A stretch of DNA of 64,000 nucleotides, from the sequence record SRR2962707_896; one strand, given 5' to 3'. The position numbers were made by a program, and so were the translations under genes. Every line of letters begins with the position of its first letter. Within the stretch, counting starts at the first letter, position 1. A model generated the notes under the pieces. The model saw only the letters and a program-made list of their open reading frames with translations, did no database searches and was not told where the DNA came from. Positions 10,138 through 19,325 of the stretch are shown here, piece by piece.

Positions 10138-10533
10138 ATGGAAATCCGACACGCACTGGAAGTCCTGCGGGATCTGGCGGAAGGCGTTGATCCAGTCACC
10201 GGGCAGCCCTTTCCGCAACACTCGCCTTATATTCACCCGGATATAACCCGGGCTCTGTTCACCTGTCTTCAAGACATTCGCTATCGGCGCGCCTCCGCCA
10301 TCACCCTGAGAGACAACCGGGCAGCGGTGCCCGTGGTCAAGGGGCCTTATTACCTGAACCGTCCCTGGACGCCGGAACAGAGCCGGCAATTGCGGGATGC
10401 TTTCCTGTCAGGGCTCTCAGTGGAAGCTCTGGCACTATGCTTCTCCCGTTGCCCACCAATGGTCAGGAGCGAGTTGCAACGTCAGGGGCTGGTTCCCGGG
10501 GGGGACGATGAGACCGCGATATCTTCCAGGTGA
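10138..10533 (+). CDS. Conserved hypothetical protein (LAxGxDPxTG N-domain, C-terminal HTH-like helices)
   Basis: AGGAG RBS; LAEGVDPVTGQ and WTPEQSRQLRDAF...LALCFSR pattern. Confidence 0.6.
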   Translation: MEIRHALEVLRDLAEGVDPVTGQPFPQHSPYIHPDITRALFTCLQDIRYRRASAITLRDNRAAVPVVKGPYYLNRPWTPEQSRQLRDAFLSGLSVEALALCFSRCPPMVRSELQRQGLVPGGDDETAISSR

Positions 10534-10616
10534 ACCCCATACGGATCACTGCTGCCCGACAATCCAGGAACCGCCAGTCTCGCCCGGCAGCTCCACGGAA
10601 AGGACCGCGATACCGC

Positions 10617-11186
10617 TTACTCGCGGTCCGGCAAATGCTTCAAGAGCACTTGAGCATCGTCGTACGCGGTCAGCGCCGCCACCACTTCCGGCAGCGGATC
10701 GGAATAATAGCCGGGCAGATCCCTCTCACCCGGCAGATCAAGAGGGAACGCCAGGCGCTCCACCGGCGGCTCGAAACGGGCATCGACTCCCGGCCGATTA
10801 CCGCGTGCATCTATCCGATACCAGCCGTGCTCCGGCAGGAACACCGCGTTGAGTCCGTGCAGACAATACGGAGCTCCGTCGTCATTGACGCTCAGGCGCT
10901 GATAGCAAAAGGCCGCGGGCAAGCCATTCGCTCTCAACAGTGCCGCCAGCAAGTGGCTCTTGGCGTAACAGAAGCCGCTGCGTTCGCGCAGCACTTGCGA
11001 AGCTGAGCAGGTCACCGGGGAAAGCTGATAATCGATGGAATGCCGAATCTCATCGCGCACCCAGAGGAAACACCGCTGCGCTATCTCCGTGGGATCCTCC
11101 TCCTGACGCGACAACTCATCGGCCAAAGCCCGAACATCCGGGTGGTGCCAATCCACTACCTCGGTCGAAGCCAAAAACGTTTCCAT
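10617..11186 (-). CDS. Transglutaminase-like family protein
   Basis: Catalytic Cys GFCYAKSHLL, His LHGLNAV, Asp WYRIDARG. Confidence 0.88.
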   Translation of the reverse strand: METFLASTEVVDWHHPDVRALADELSRQEEDPTEIAQRCFLWVRDEIRHSIDYQLSPVTCSASQVLRERSGFCYAKSHLLAALLRANGLPAAFCYQRLSVNDDGAPYCLHGLNAVFLPEHGWYRIDARGNRPGVDARFEPPVERLAFPLDLPGERDLPGYYSDPLPEVVAALTAYDDAQVLLKHLPDRE

Positions 11187-11237
11187 ACCCTTCCTATCTC
11201 TCCAAAATGGACATCACCCGTACGAACGAAAACCCTA

Positions 11238-11510
11238 TCAGTACGTCAGTTTTCCGTACAGTTGGTCAAAAGGAATCAGAACTCGTCGTCGGTATGCGGA
11301 ACGCTCACTCAAACGCTGATACCAGTCGAATACCGCCGGATGGCGCGGCACCGGCACTCGCCCGTGAGGATTCATGGCCAGGAATTCAGGATCGTCCAAA
11401 CCACCGTGGTCGCCGCCCAGGCTGATGTGCCGGTACTCCAGCTCCAACTCATCCAGCAACCAGAGCACTTTCTGAACATTAAAAGCGCTATCGCGCCCCC
11501 ATAGCGTCAG
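11238..11510 (-). pseudogene. Glutathione S-transferase (GstB-like) remnant with internal deletion and no start codon
   Basis: The GST N-domain LTLWGRDSAFNVQKVLWLLDELEL...FLAMNPHGRVPV is fused directly to the extreme C-terminus PRHPAVFDWYQRLSERSAYR; 90 aa only. Confidence 0.75.
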
Positions 11511-11532
11511 TGCTTCGGTGGAGGGTTCAACA

Positions 11533-11853
11533 CTATAGCCAACGGCCACAATCGGTCTCCCGGACGATACGGGCATACTGCTCTTCGGTGATGATATCGG
11601 CATCGGAAAGCCAGTCCAGTATTGCTTCCAATGCTTCCAGCTCTTCATGGTTGCCACAGTGCAGGCTCATGAGTCGGCATGACCGCTCCAACACAGCCGC
11701 GTATTCCTCATCTGTTAATGCACCCCGACAGTCGGACACTGCTTTTGCCAAGGTCCATTTCGCCTCCACGACGTTATCTTCCCTGATTAACTGGCGTTCG
11801 ACAGCCGACATCAGGTTATTGGCTTCCACATACGCGTTCTTATTTCCCGCCAT
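11533..11853 (-). CDS. Hypothetical protein
   Basis: ATG 11853 directly follows the upstream stop; acidic helical 106-aa ORF. Confidence 0.55.
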   Translation of the reverse strand: MAGNKNAYVEANNLMSAVERQLIREDNVVEAKWTLAKAVSDCRGALTDEEYAAVLERSCRLMSLHCGNHEELEALEAILDWLSDADIITEEQYARIVRETDCGRWL

Positions 11854-11854
11854 G

Positions 11855-12220
11855 TCAGTTGACCTTTTCGACAACGTGCTGGCCCACGCCAAGCATGGCA
11901 CCCAAAACCAGCAGGCATAAGGCATACAGCCCCACCCTGCGGCCTTGGGCCTTACCTTCGTCGGAAACGGGGGCAGCCGGCTCGGTCCTGTTACCGAAGA
12001 TACGGACCCACAATCGATATGGAAGCATGAGAATCGCGGCCACGCCTGCTTCCATCAATCCAACCAACGCCGCCAGGATCAGGAATCCTATCAGGACTTT
12101 TATACCCCCCATCAGAGCGAGGGTCGCCAACAAATACCCGGCCGCCAGAAACAACAAGCCGACCCCGAACAGCGTCAACAAGCCGGCCCCGTCCAGTATT
12201 TTCTCGAAGAGCGTTTTCAT
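11855..12220 (-). CDS. Hypothetical membrane protein
   Basis: GAGGTG RBS; about 3 hydrophobic segments. Confidence 0.6.
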   Translation of the reverse strand: MKTLFEKILDGAGLLTLFGVGLLFLAAGYLLATLALMGGIKVLIGFLILAALVGLMEAGVAAILMLPYRLWVRIFGNRTEPAAPVSDEGKAQGRRVGLYALCLLVLGAMLGVGQHVVEKVN

Positions 12221-12272
12221 CCCTGATCACCTCTTTCACCGCCTGTTTGCTTGGGGAACCTCTGAAAACCTC

Positions 12273-12357
12273 CGTCATCCCGGGCGGCACCCGGGATCTC
12301 CTTCTGTAAGACGCATGGCTTCGTCGAGGAAGATGCCGGACCGAGTCCGGCATGACG
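12273..12357. repeat. REP-like doublet (two inverted palindromic units)
   Basis: CGTCATCCCGGGCGGCACCCGGGATCTC ... AGATGCCGGACCGAGTCCGGCATGACG: two hairpins with CGTCAT/ATGACG outer ends, in inverted orientation. Confidence 0.7.
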
Positions 12358-12398
12358 TTTCAGGGTATCAGTATCCGGCCTTAATTCCAGGGTCACCG

Positions 12399-12854
12399 TT
12401 AGTTCACCACCAGCGTCCCTTTCATCATCGTCCAATGGCCGGGAAAGCTGCAGAAGAAAGTATAGTCTTCCCCCGCTTGCAGACGACTCCCCGGAATCGT
12501 CAGCGAGGTGGATTGACCACCACCAATCATGTCACTGGCGCCGACGACTCGGCCATCGTTGACCGGAACATAGCCGTTCCCAGGCCCGGCCTTCATTCCA
12601 GCCTTGGCCACGTCCTTGAAGTCTCCGGTCAGCGTCACCACCACATTGTGTCCCATGACGTTCGCGCCGAGCTTGCCGCTGTGCACCAGTTCAATGGTCA
12701 CGGCTTCGCACTGGGAGGATACCGTAAGCTGGGTTTGATCAAAGCGCATATTGTCGTCGCCACGCAAGGCAACATGGCAGTTGTCGGCGGCCTGCGCCAG
12801 CGAGGAGCATCCCCAGATCAGTAAACCGACAGAGGCGTAAGAAGCAATGTTCAT
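12399..12854 (-). CDS. azu: Azurin
   Basis: Signal peptide, N-terminal Cys pair, MGHNVV and FFCSFPGHWTMMKG type-1 Cu ligands. Confidence 0.93.
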   Translation of the reverse strand: MNIASYASVGLLIWGCSSLAQAADNCHVALRGDDNMRFDQTQLTVSSQCEAVTIELVHSGKLGANVMGHNVVVTLTGDFKDVAKAGMKAGPGNGYVPVNDGRVVGASDMIGGGQSTSLTIPGSRLQAGEDYTFFCSFPGHWTMMKGTLVVN

Positions 12855-13513
12855 CAGTGATCTCCTTGGGCTTGGGAGTGATAGGCTGCCATGACCGCCT
12901 CGACCTCACGGACGAAAGCCGGGTCCGGGGCGCCGGCCATTTTCTCGGTGCGTGCCACGATGCGGCCGTCGGCGTCCAGCAACAGCCAGGCATTGGTGTG
13001 ATCGAAGCCGCCGTCGTCACGTTGACGGAACCGGATATCCAGCAGCGCGGCTATGGTTCGCTCCTGATGATCCCGGGGCCGCAGGAAAGTGGCCCGTCCG
13101 GGCGTCAGCCGATATCGGGCCATGGTTCCCGCCAGTACGTCGGGAGTGTCATGGTCCGGGTCCATGGAAATGATCAGTAGACGGGGAACCGCCGAACCCT
13201 CTTCCAGAAGCCGCTGTTGCACGCTCATTCCCTGGTGAATGATCAGCGGACAGCTCATGCGGCAGCGGGTATAGACCATCGAAACCAGATGGGGCTGGCC
13301 ACGCAGATCCTGCCACCGCAGCGTCTCCCCTTTTTCATTCTGCACCGTGGCGGACAGCGCGTAGACTGAGTTGCCGGGCGGACTTTGCTCGCCACGTACC
13401 GCCTGAGGCATCAGCATCACCAACACCAGCAAGGGCAGTAGCACACTCAGGCAGTCCCAGGGCCTGCACACGGCAGGACGGGATTGGGTATTTTTTTCAC
13501 GATTCGCTTTCAT
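12854..13513 (-). CDS. SCO1/SenC family copper chaperone
   Basis: YTRCRMSCP CxxxC, SMDPDHDT, FDHTN His; ATGA overlap with the upstream gene. Confidence 0.88.
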   Translation of the reverse strand: MKANREKNTQSRPAVCRPWDCLSVLLPLLVLVMLMPQAVRGEQSPPGNSVYALSATVQNEKGETLRWQDLRGQPHLVSMVYTRCRMSCPLIIHQGMSVQQRLLEEGSAVPRLLIISMDPDHDTPDVLAGTMARYRLTPGRATFLRPRDHQERTIAALLDIRFRQRDDGGFDHTNAWLLLDADGRIVARTEKMAGAPDPAFVREVEAVMAAYHSQAQGDH

Positions 13514-14268
13514 GGTAGCTCCTTGGCACAACGAAAGCCGAGATTGGACAAGGTGGTGCGCGCGGACAGGGCCGACAGCAAGGCCACTCGTTTGATCACC
13601 GCATAGTCGCGGCGATCGCTGAAGGCCAGCGCACTGCCACCGCAGTACCGCAGCGGATTTTCGGTATCGACGTTGCGGCTATCGGCAGCGGCCATCATGC
13701 TGGCGTGGTCCCAGGGCCATTCCCAGACCAGCCCATGCAGATCGTGCACGCCATACACATTTGGCACGCTCTCTCCAGCGGCGCGGTAAGCGCCGGGGGT
13801 ACCCAAAGTCAGGATCCGGCGGCGACGATCGGCATCATCACGAGCATCCGTCTGGCGGGCATCGGCGGCGGCGGCGAATTCCCACTCCAGCCAGGTCGGC
13901 AACCGCGCGCCCTGGGCACGGCAGTAGGCATCCGCCGCGAACCAGCTCACCCGTGTCACCGGGAAATTCAGAGTGCCGGGGCGCGGAGCCAGCGGCCTGT
14001 CCCAGTGAGACAGGTAGCCGGCGTCAGCGAACAGTCCGGGAATCCGGTCCCGACGCCATTGTGGATGCGCTTGGACAAAAGCCAAAAACTCCGCTTCGCG
14101 TACCGGCCGTGACATCAGTTGATAGCCTTCGACAACGACCTCCCCGCCGTTGTCACCAAACCGCAAGCTGGAGTGGAAGGGGCCGCCGGACAACGGAACG
14201 TACTCGTTCGCCAGCGCCGCCGTGGTGAGTAAACACAGCAATGGAATCCAGCTCCCCTTCCCTTTCAT
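13510..14268 (-). CDS. Formylglycine-generating-enzyme (FGE/SUMF1) fold protein, NirV-like
   Basis: Signal peptide, PVTRVSWFAADAYC, RLPTWLEWEFAA, NVYGVHDLHGLVWEW, NLGFRCA. Confidence 0.88.
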   Translation of the reverse strand: MKGKGSWIPLLCLLTTAALANEYVPLSGGPFHSSLRFGDNGGEVVVEGYQLMSRPVREAEFLAFVQAHPQWRRDRIPGLFADAGYLSHWDRPLAPRPGTLNFPVTRVSWFAADAYCRAQGARLPTWLEWEFAAAADARQTDARDDADRRRRILTLGTPGAYRAAGESVPNVYGVHDLHGLVWEWPWDHASMMAAADSRNVDTENPLRYCGGSALAFSDRRDYAVIKRVALLSALSARTTLSNLGFRCAKELP

Positions 14269-14271
14269 TCT

Positions 14272-15336
14272 CTATCTCCCACCTTCGGCTTCAGGGTATT
14301 CCCCACTGAACTGCTGGCCAGTGTAGATCTCCGGTTTCATCGTTCCGTCCACGCTGAGAATGCCCAATGCACCTTTGTTGAAAGTACGGAAGATACTGTG
14401 ATCAACCAGGATGAAGTTGCCCGGGACATCGGTGGTGAACTCGACCATGGCGGCCCCGCCGGCCGGAATCAGCGTGGTTTGCACATTTTCCTGATACTTG
14501 CTGCCCCCTTCGTAAAAGACGCGATCGAAGATCTCACCAATTACGTGGAAGCTGGACACCAGGTTGGGGCCCCCGTTGCCGACGAACAGACGAACCTTGT
14601 CGCCGGCGTTGGCGGTCAGCGCCCCTTCCCCGGTCAGCGCCCCTTCGCTGCCATTGAAGACCACGTAGGTGGGATGCTCGTCCACCGCCTTTTCCAGGCT
14701 GAACGGTTGCAGCCCCGGTTCCCCGTGGTCGCCCTCGGTGTAGAAGTCGCCTTGCATGACGTAGTACTCACGATCCACCGGTGGCAATCCCTCTTCCGGC
14801 TCCACCAGAATCAGGCCGTACATGCCGTTGGCGATATGCATTCCCACCGGCGCCATGGCGCAGTGATAGACGTACAGGCCGGGATTCAGAGCTTTGAAGG
14901 TGAACTGCGTTTTGTGGCCCGGCAGGGTGAAGGTGGCCTCCGCGCCGCCACCGGTTCCAGTGACCGCGTGCAGATCAATATTGTGCGCCACATGAGAGTC
15001 ATGGCGGTTCTTGAGGTGGAACTCCACGGTGTCGCCTTCCCGGATCCGGATGAAGCTGCCGGGCACCGTGCCACCGAAAGTCCAGAACTCGTAAGTAACG
15101 CCATCGGAAAGGCGCATTTCCTGTTCCACCATTTCCAGGTCCACCACCACCTTGGCGGGCCCTTTTCGGGAAATCGGTGGTGGCACCATAGGTGGCGCCG
15201 TTAGTTGCGCTTGCTCCACCGGAAGCGGCGCTTCGGACACCGTCTTGCCGGTTGTGCATCCACTCAAGAGAAGTGCCAGAGCGATCCCCCCGGCGAGCTG
15301 CTTCAGTACGGTATGTGATGTTAATCCAGACTTCAT
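14272..15336 (-). CDS. nirK: Copper-containing nitrite reductase (AniA-like lipoprotein)
   Basis: Lipobox [44 protein letters not shown] Cu and catalytic motifs. Confidence 0.95.
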   Translation of the reverse strand: MKSGLTSHTVLKQLAGGIALALLLSGCTTGKTVSEAPLPVEQAQLTAPPMVPPPISRKGPAKVVVDLEMVEQEMRLSDGVTYEFWTFGGTVPGSFIRIREGDTVEFHLKNRHDSHVAHNIDLHAVTGTGGGAEATFTLPGHKTQFTFKALNPGLYVYHCAMAPVGMHIANGMYGLILVEPEEGLPPVDREYYVMQGDFYTEGDHGEPGLQPFSLEKAVDEHPTYVVFNGSEGALTGEGALTANAGDKVRLFVGNGGPNLVSSFHVIGEIFDRVFYEGGSKYQENVQTTLIPAGGAAMVEFTTDVPGNFILVDHSIFRTFNKGALGILSVDGTMKPEIYTGQQFSGEYPEAEGGR

Positions 15337-15384
15337 GGCCGACCCTCACTTTGGCTATCGGGCTCTCCGTCGCGGTCTGGATTA

Positions 15385-15407
15385 AATATGCATTTTAAAT
15401 GAATTTT
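15385..15407. promoter_or_regulatory. NsrR-type operator
   Basis: AATATGCATTT-T-AAATGAATTTT versus consensus AAGATGCATTT-N-AAATGCATCTT, 19/22 matches. Confidence 0.7.
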
Positions 15408-15413
15408 TATGTT

Positions 15414-15427
15414 TTGACCGGTATCAA
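15414..15427. promoter_or_regulatory. FNR/ANR/DNR box
   Basis: TTGAC-CGGT-ATCAA, one mismatch to TTGAT-N4-ATCAA, upstream of nirK. A second similar box, GTGAT-CTGG-ATCAA, lies at 15474-15487. Confidence 0.8.
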
Positions 15428-15483
15428 TGGGCGAACCGGCCCAACAGCTGGCGATGACAAACCGGATTGATCAGTGATCTGGA

Positions 15484-16440
15484 TCAATAACGCCGGGTAT
15501 CCCCGCGTGCCTGACGCCGCAACGCTTGTGGGGGATGTCCAAAACGACGAACGAAGGCGCGACGCATGCGTTCCGGATCATTGAACCCATACATAATGGC
15601 AATCCGCTCGATGGGCTCATGGCCGGCTTCCACCCGGTGCCGGGCCGCTTCCACCCGCAGCCGTTCCACCGCCCGCGCCGGGGTCTCTCCGGTTTCGGCA
15701 CGGAACAAACGGCTGAACTGGCGCGTTCCCAAACAGGCCGCCTCGGCCAAGCGTTCCACCGGCAGCGGTTCATGCAGATGGGCGCGGGCAAAATCCAGCG
15801 CCATGCGAACACGATCGGATTCAGGCTCCAGCGCCAGCGCCTCGGAAAACTGGGACTGATCACCGGAGCGCCGTTGCTGTACCACCAGCTCCCGGGCGGC
15901 GGCTCGCGACAATTCCAGTCCCAGATCCTGCTCGATCATGGCCAGCGCCAGATCGATACCAGCGGTGATGCCGGCGGAAGTCCAGATATGGCCGTCACGG
16001 ATATAGATGCGGTCGCCTTCCACCTTCAATGCCGGATAGCGCCGTTGCAGTTGAGCGGCATAACGCCAGTGCGTGGTCACACGGCGCCCATCCAGCAGCC
16101 CCACCGCAGCCAGAATCACCGCGCCGGTGCAGACACTGGCCACCCGGTTGGCCCGCCGCGCCAGACGCCGGACAGCCTCCCGCTCTTCACGCTGCTCGGC
16201 CAACCGGTGGGCACCCCGGCCGCCAACCACGATCAACGTATCGACCATAGCGCGACCGGGTTTGAGGGTGTCTATGGTGATACCAGCGGTGCTGCGCACG
16301 CCACCTCCCTGACGGGAAAGCACGCGCAAATCGTAGGCCTGCTCGGGGGCCAGCTGGTCCAGCCTTTGAAAGGCCGCCAGCGGACCGCTGAGGTCCAGCA
16401 ACTGGAAATCGGGAAAGACATAAAAGGCAATTCGGTGCAT
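15484..16440 (-). CDS. GlxA/FtrA family AraC regulator (DJ-1 domain)
   Basis: FQLLDLSGP, ASVCTGA, WTSAGITAGIDLAL, C-terminal AraC HTH. Confidence 0.9.
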   Translation of the reverse strand: MHRIAFYVFPDFQLLDLSGPLAAFQRLDQLAPEQAYDLRVLSRQGGGVRSTAGITIDTLKPGRAMVDTLIVVGGRGAHRLAEQREEREAVRRLARRANRVASVCTGAVILAAVGLLDGRRVTTHWRYAAQLQRRYPALKVEGDRIYIRDGHIWTSAGITAGIDLALAMIEQDLGLELSRAAARELVVQQRRSGDQSQFSEALALEPESDRVRMALDFARAHLHEPLPVERLAEAACLGTRQFSRLFRAETGETPARAVERLRVEAARHRVEAGHEPIERIAIMYGFNDPERMRRAFVRRFGHPPQALRRQARGDTRRY

Positions 16441-16519
16441 GGCGCAAATCGAGGGAAACTGGTCATTGGCGCCATCACCTTGCTCCCCTAATCTGGGGGC
16501 GTCAAGCAGGAGACCCACC

Positions 16520-17212
16520 ATGACGCAAACTTTGAATATCGTGTTCGCCGTTTACGATGATGTTACTCATCTTGATTTCACCGGCCCGCATATGTTCTTC
16601 GCACGGCTGCCGGGTGCCCGGATCCAGGTTGCCTCTCTGCACGGTGATCCGGTGCACGCCGACGGCCTGGTATTCGCCGAGCTGGCGGCACTCACCGATA
16701 TCCCCCACTGTGATGTGCTGTGTGTACCCGGCGGCCTGGGCTGCATGGCGGTAATGGAGGATCAAGCCTATCTGTCGGAACTCAGACGGTTGGCCGCCAG
16801 TGCCCGCTATCTGACCTCGGTGTGCACCGGCTCCCTGATTCTCGGCGCCGCCGGACTGCTGAGCGGCAAGCGGGCCGCCTGCCATTGGGCCTGGCGGGAC
16901 ATGCTCGGTGAGCTCGGCGCCATCGCCGATCCGGAGCGGGTGGTACGCGACGGCAATCTGATCACCGGCGGCGGGGTGACCGCGGGTATTGATTTCGCGC
17001 TTACCGTAATCGAGGAACTGGCCGGCGCCGATGTCGCCCAATCGATTCAGCTCGGGCTGGAATACGCGCCACAGCCCCCCTTCAACGCGGGTCGTCCGGA
17101 AACAGCACCGGCACCAATACTGAATAAAGTGAATGACGCCATGGCCGCGGCCATGCCGGCACGCTGGGAAGCCACCCGCCGGGCGGCCCGGCGTCTGTCG
17201 CAAGACAAGTGA
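16520..17212 (+). CDS. DJ-1/PfpI family, isonitrile hydratase-like
   Basis: LDFTGP, TSVCTGSLILGAAGLL, GVTAGIDF, IQLGLEYAPQPPFNAGRPETAP; AGGAG RBS. Confidence 0.85.
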   Translation: MTQTLNIVFAVYDDVTHLDFTGPHMFFARLPGARIQVASLHGDPVHADGLVFAELAALTDIPHCDVLCVPGGLGCMAVMEDQAYLSELRRLAASARYLTSVCTGSLILGAAGLLSGKRAACHWAWRDMLGELGAIADPERVVRDGNLITGGGVTAGIDFALTVIEELAGADVAQSIQLGLEYAPQPPFNAGRPETAPAPILNKVNDAMAAAMPARWEATRRAARRLSQDK

Positions 17213-17222
17213 GGCAATCGCC

Positions 17223-18008
17223 TCAGTCCGGACGATGCCCTGGGCGGTCGGGACGGTAATGGGATGGCGGCTGGCCGAACCGCCGCCGGAACATGGTGGA
17301 GAACGACGCCGGGCTGTCGTAGCCGTATTCAAGGGCAATGCGGGTGATCGATTCCCCCGCCGTCAAACGCTCCAGCGCCAGCACCACGCAGGCCTGTTGC
17401 TTCCAACGCAGAAACGACAGGCCTGTTTGCTGTTTGAACAGGCGGCTGAAGGTGCGTTCGCTCATGGCCAGATGCGGCAGCCAGTGGTCGATACGAGCGT
17501 GAATATCCGGCTCATCCAGGAACGCGCGGCAGACCTTCTGCAAGCGCTCGTCTCCGGGCAGCGGGATATGGAACGGCAAAGACGACAGCCGCGCCAGCTC
17601 ATGAAATACCAGATCCGCCAAGATACCGTCACGACCGTCAAGGTCATACAGCAAAGGTAGCTGTACTGCTTCCGCCAACAGCTGACGTAACAACGGCGAT
17701 ACTTTCACCACCTGGCACACAGGCGGTGGCCTGATCACCGCGTCGGGTTCCAGATAAAGGCTGTGCGTGCTCACCCCGAGCATGCGCACCTGATGCGCTT
17801 CCTCGGCCGGAATCCAGACCGCCTGTCCGGGCGGCACCACCCAGTTCCCCGCCCGCGTGGCAACGTGCATCACACCCGTAGCGCCGTAGAGCAATTGCAC
17901 CCGGCGATGACGGTGCCAGGGCAACACCTGCCCATCGGCATAATCAGTGTGGATCGCCACCAAAGGACGCGGCGTATCGTCAATGTCGTCGATAGGGATG
18001 TTTCGCAT
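17223..18008 (-). CDS. AraC family regulator (cupin + HTH)
   Basis: WHRHRRVQLLY, WVVPPGQAVWIP, GYDSPASFSTMFRR. Confidence 0.9.
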   Translation of the reverse strand: MRNIPIDDIDDTPRPLVAIHTDYADGQVLPWHRHRRVQLLYGATGVMHVATRAGNWVVPPGQAVWIPAEEAHQVRMLGVSTHSLYLEPDAVIRPPPVCQVVKVSPLLRQLLAEAVQLPLLYDLDGRDGILADLVFHELARLSSLPFHIPLPGDERLQKVCRAFLDEPDIHARIDHWLPHLAMSERTFSRLFKQQTGLSFLRWKQQACVVLALERLTAGESITRIALEYGYDSPASFSTMFRRRFGQPPSHYRPDRPGHRPD

Positions 18009-18154
18009 CGCCTTCTTCCGAGCCCCTGTACCCATCCTGCCTCACCCTGGCCGAAACACGATCAGAGTTGGCCGGATCGATGATACCCGCTCAACGCCGG
18101 CGACGTATGCTGGCCACCTCCAAAATAATCCGGGCGCAACGGAGCCCAGCTATC

Positions 18155-18946
18155 ATGGACTACTTTATCGTCATTGCCATGGCGGGCTTCGCCACCGGCA
18201 TCACCACTTTGCTGTTCGGCTTCGGCGGCGGCTTCGTGGTGGTCCCCTTCGTCTATCATTTCGTCAACACCACCGGCGTTGGCGAAGGCAATGGTATGCG
18301 CGTGGCCGTGGCCACGTCCACGGCGGTGATGATCCTGAACGCCGGCTATGCCACTTACACCAATTGGCGTCGGGGGCATCTGCATAGCGAAGCCCTCACC
18401 CCGCTCCTTGTTCCCATAGGCGTGGGCGCCGCGCTGGGTGCTGGTCTGGCTGATCTTCTCGGAGATTCACTATTGCGCATACTGTTCAGTCTTTATCTGG
18501 CGGGAACGCTGCTGGATGGTCTGCTGCGCAAGGGGTTCCTGGGTAAATCCGCGCCCCGCAGCATAGGCCCGGCAACCCGCTGGGCGGGCGGTGCGCTGAT
18601 CGGCGCTATCGCCACACTACTGGGTGTTGGCGGCAGTGTCATGACCGTTCCACTGCTACGCCGGCATGGCTATGACATGAAGTACTGCGTCAGCGCCGCC
18701 AACCCGTTATCGATGCCAGTGGCTATCGTTGGCACGGTGATGTACGCCTGGCTCGGACAAGACCAGTCGCTTGGCGCGGAATATCTGGGATACGTTAACA
18801 CCAGGATTTTCGGTGTTCTGGTGATCGCCGGCGTCGCTGGAATGCTGTTCGCGAAACACTGTATCCCGGTGATTAATGACCGGCTGCACGCCCGGGCCTA
18901 CCTGCTGCTTCTACTGCTGATGCTGATCGTCAGTCTGTGGCCATGA
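18155..18946 (+). CDS. TauE/SafE sulfite exporter family protein
   Basis: LFGFGGGFVVVP, AVATST, LLGVGGSVMTVP. Confidence 0.85.
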   Translation: MDYFIVIAMAGFATGITTLLFGFGGGFVVVPFVYHFVNTTGVGEGNGMRVAVATSTAVMILNAGYATYTNWRRGHLHSEALTPLLVPIGVGAALGAGLADLLGDSLLRILFSLYLAGTLLDGLLRKGFLGKSAPRSIGPATRWAGGALIGAIATLLGVGGSVMTVPLLRRHGYDMKYCVSAANPLSMPVAIVGTVMYAWLGQDQSLGAEYLGYVNTRIFGVLVIAGVAGMLFAKHCIPVINDRLHARAYLLLLLLMLIVSLWP

Positions 18947-18947
18947 C

Positions 18948-19325
18948 TCAATGGGAACGCCCAAACAGCCGGCTGAATATCCGCGCCAGGAAGCCCTGCC
19001 GCGGCGTCGGCTCCGGCAACACCATGTGCTCGAAGGCGACGCCGCGCGCCCAATCCTGGTCCTTTCGCGCATAGGCTTTGAGCAAATCGATCAACTCGAA
19101 CACGCTCAGATCATCACGTTCGGAAAGGTAGTGCCGGCTCAGGTCTCCCTCCTGATGCTCCACCAGAAATCCAGACTCGGCCCATACCGCCTGGATGTAG
19201 GTCAAACTATCCACGCTTACAATGACAAAGGGGTCGTCGCTTTCCGGTAGCCGGCGCACCACCTCTTCGATTGCCTCCGGCGTGGCTTCCCTTCCGGCAT
19301 CCAGAATCGGACTCTCCAATCTCAT
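18948..19325 (-). CDS. Hypothetical protein
   Basis: AAGGAAGGAGG RBS; acidic 125-aa protein (YIQAVW..GFLVEHQEG) with basic C-tail. Confidence 0.65.
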   Translation of the reverse strand: MRLESPILDAGREATPEAIEEVVRRLPESDDPFVIVSVDSLTYIQAVWAESGFLVEHQEGDLSRHYLSERDDLSVFELIDLLKAYARKDQDWARGVAFEHMVLPEPTPRQGFLARIFSRLFGRSH

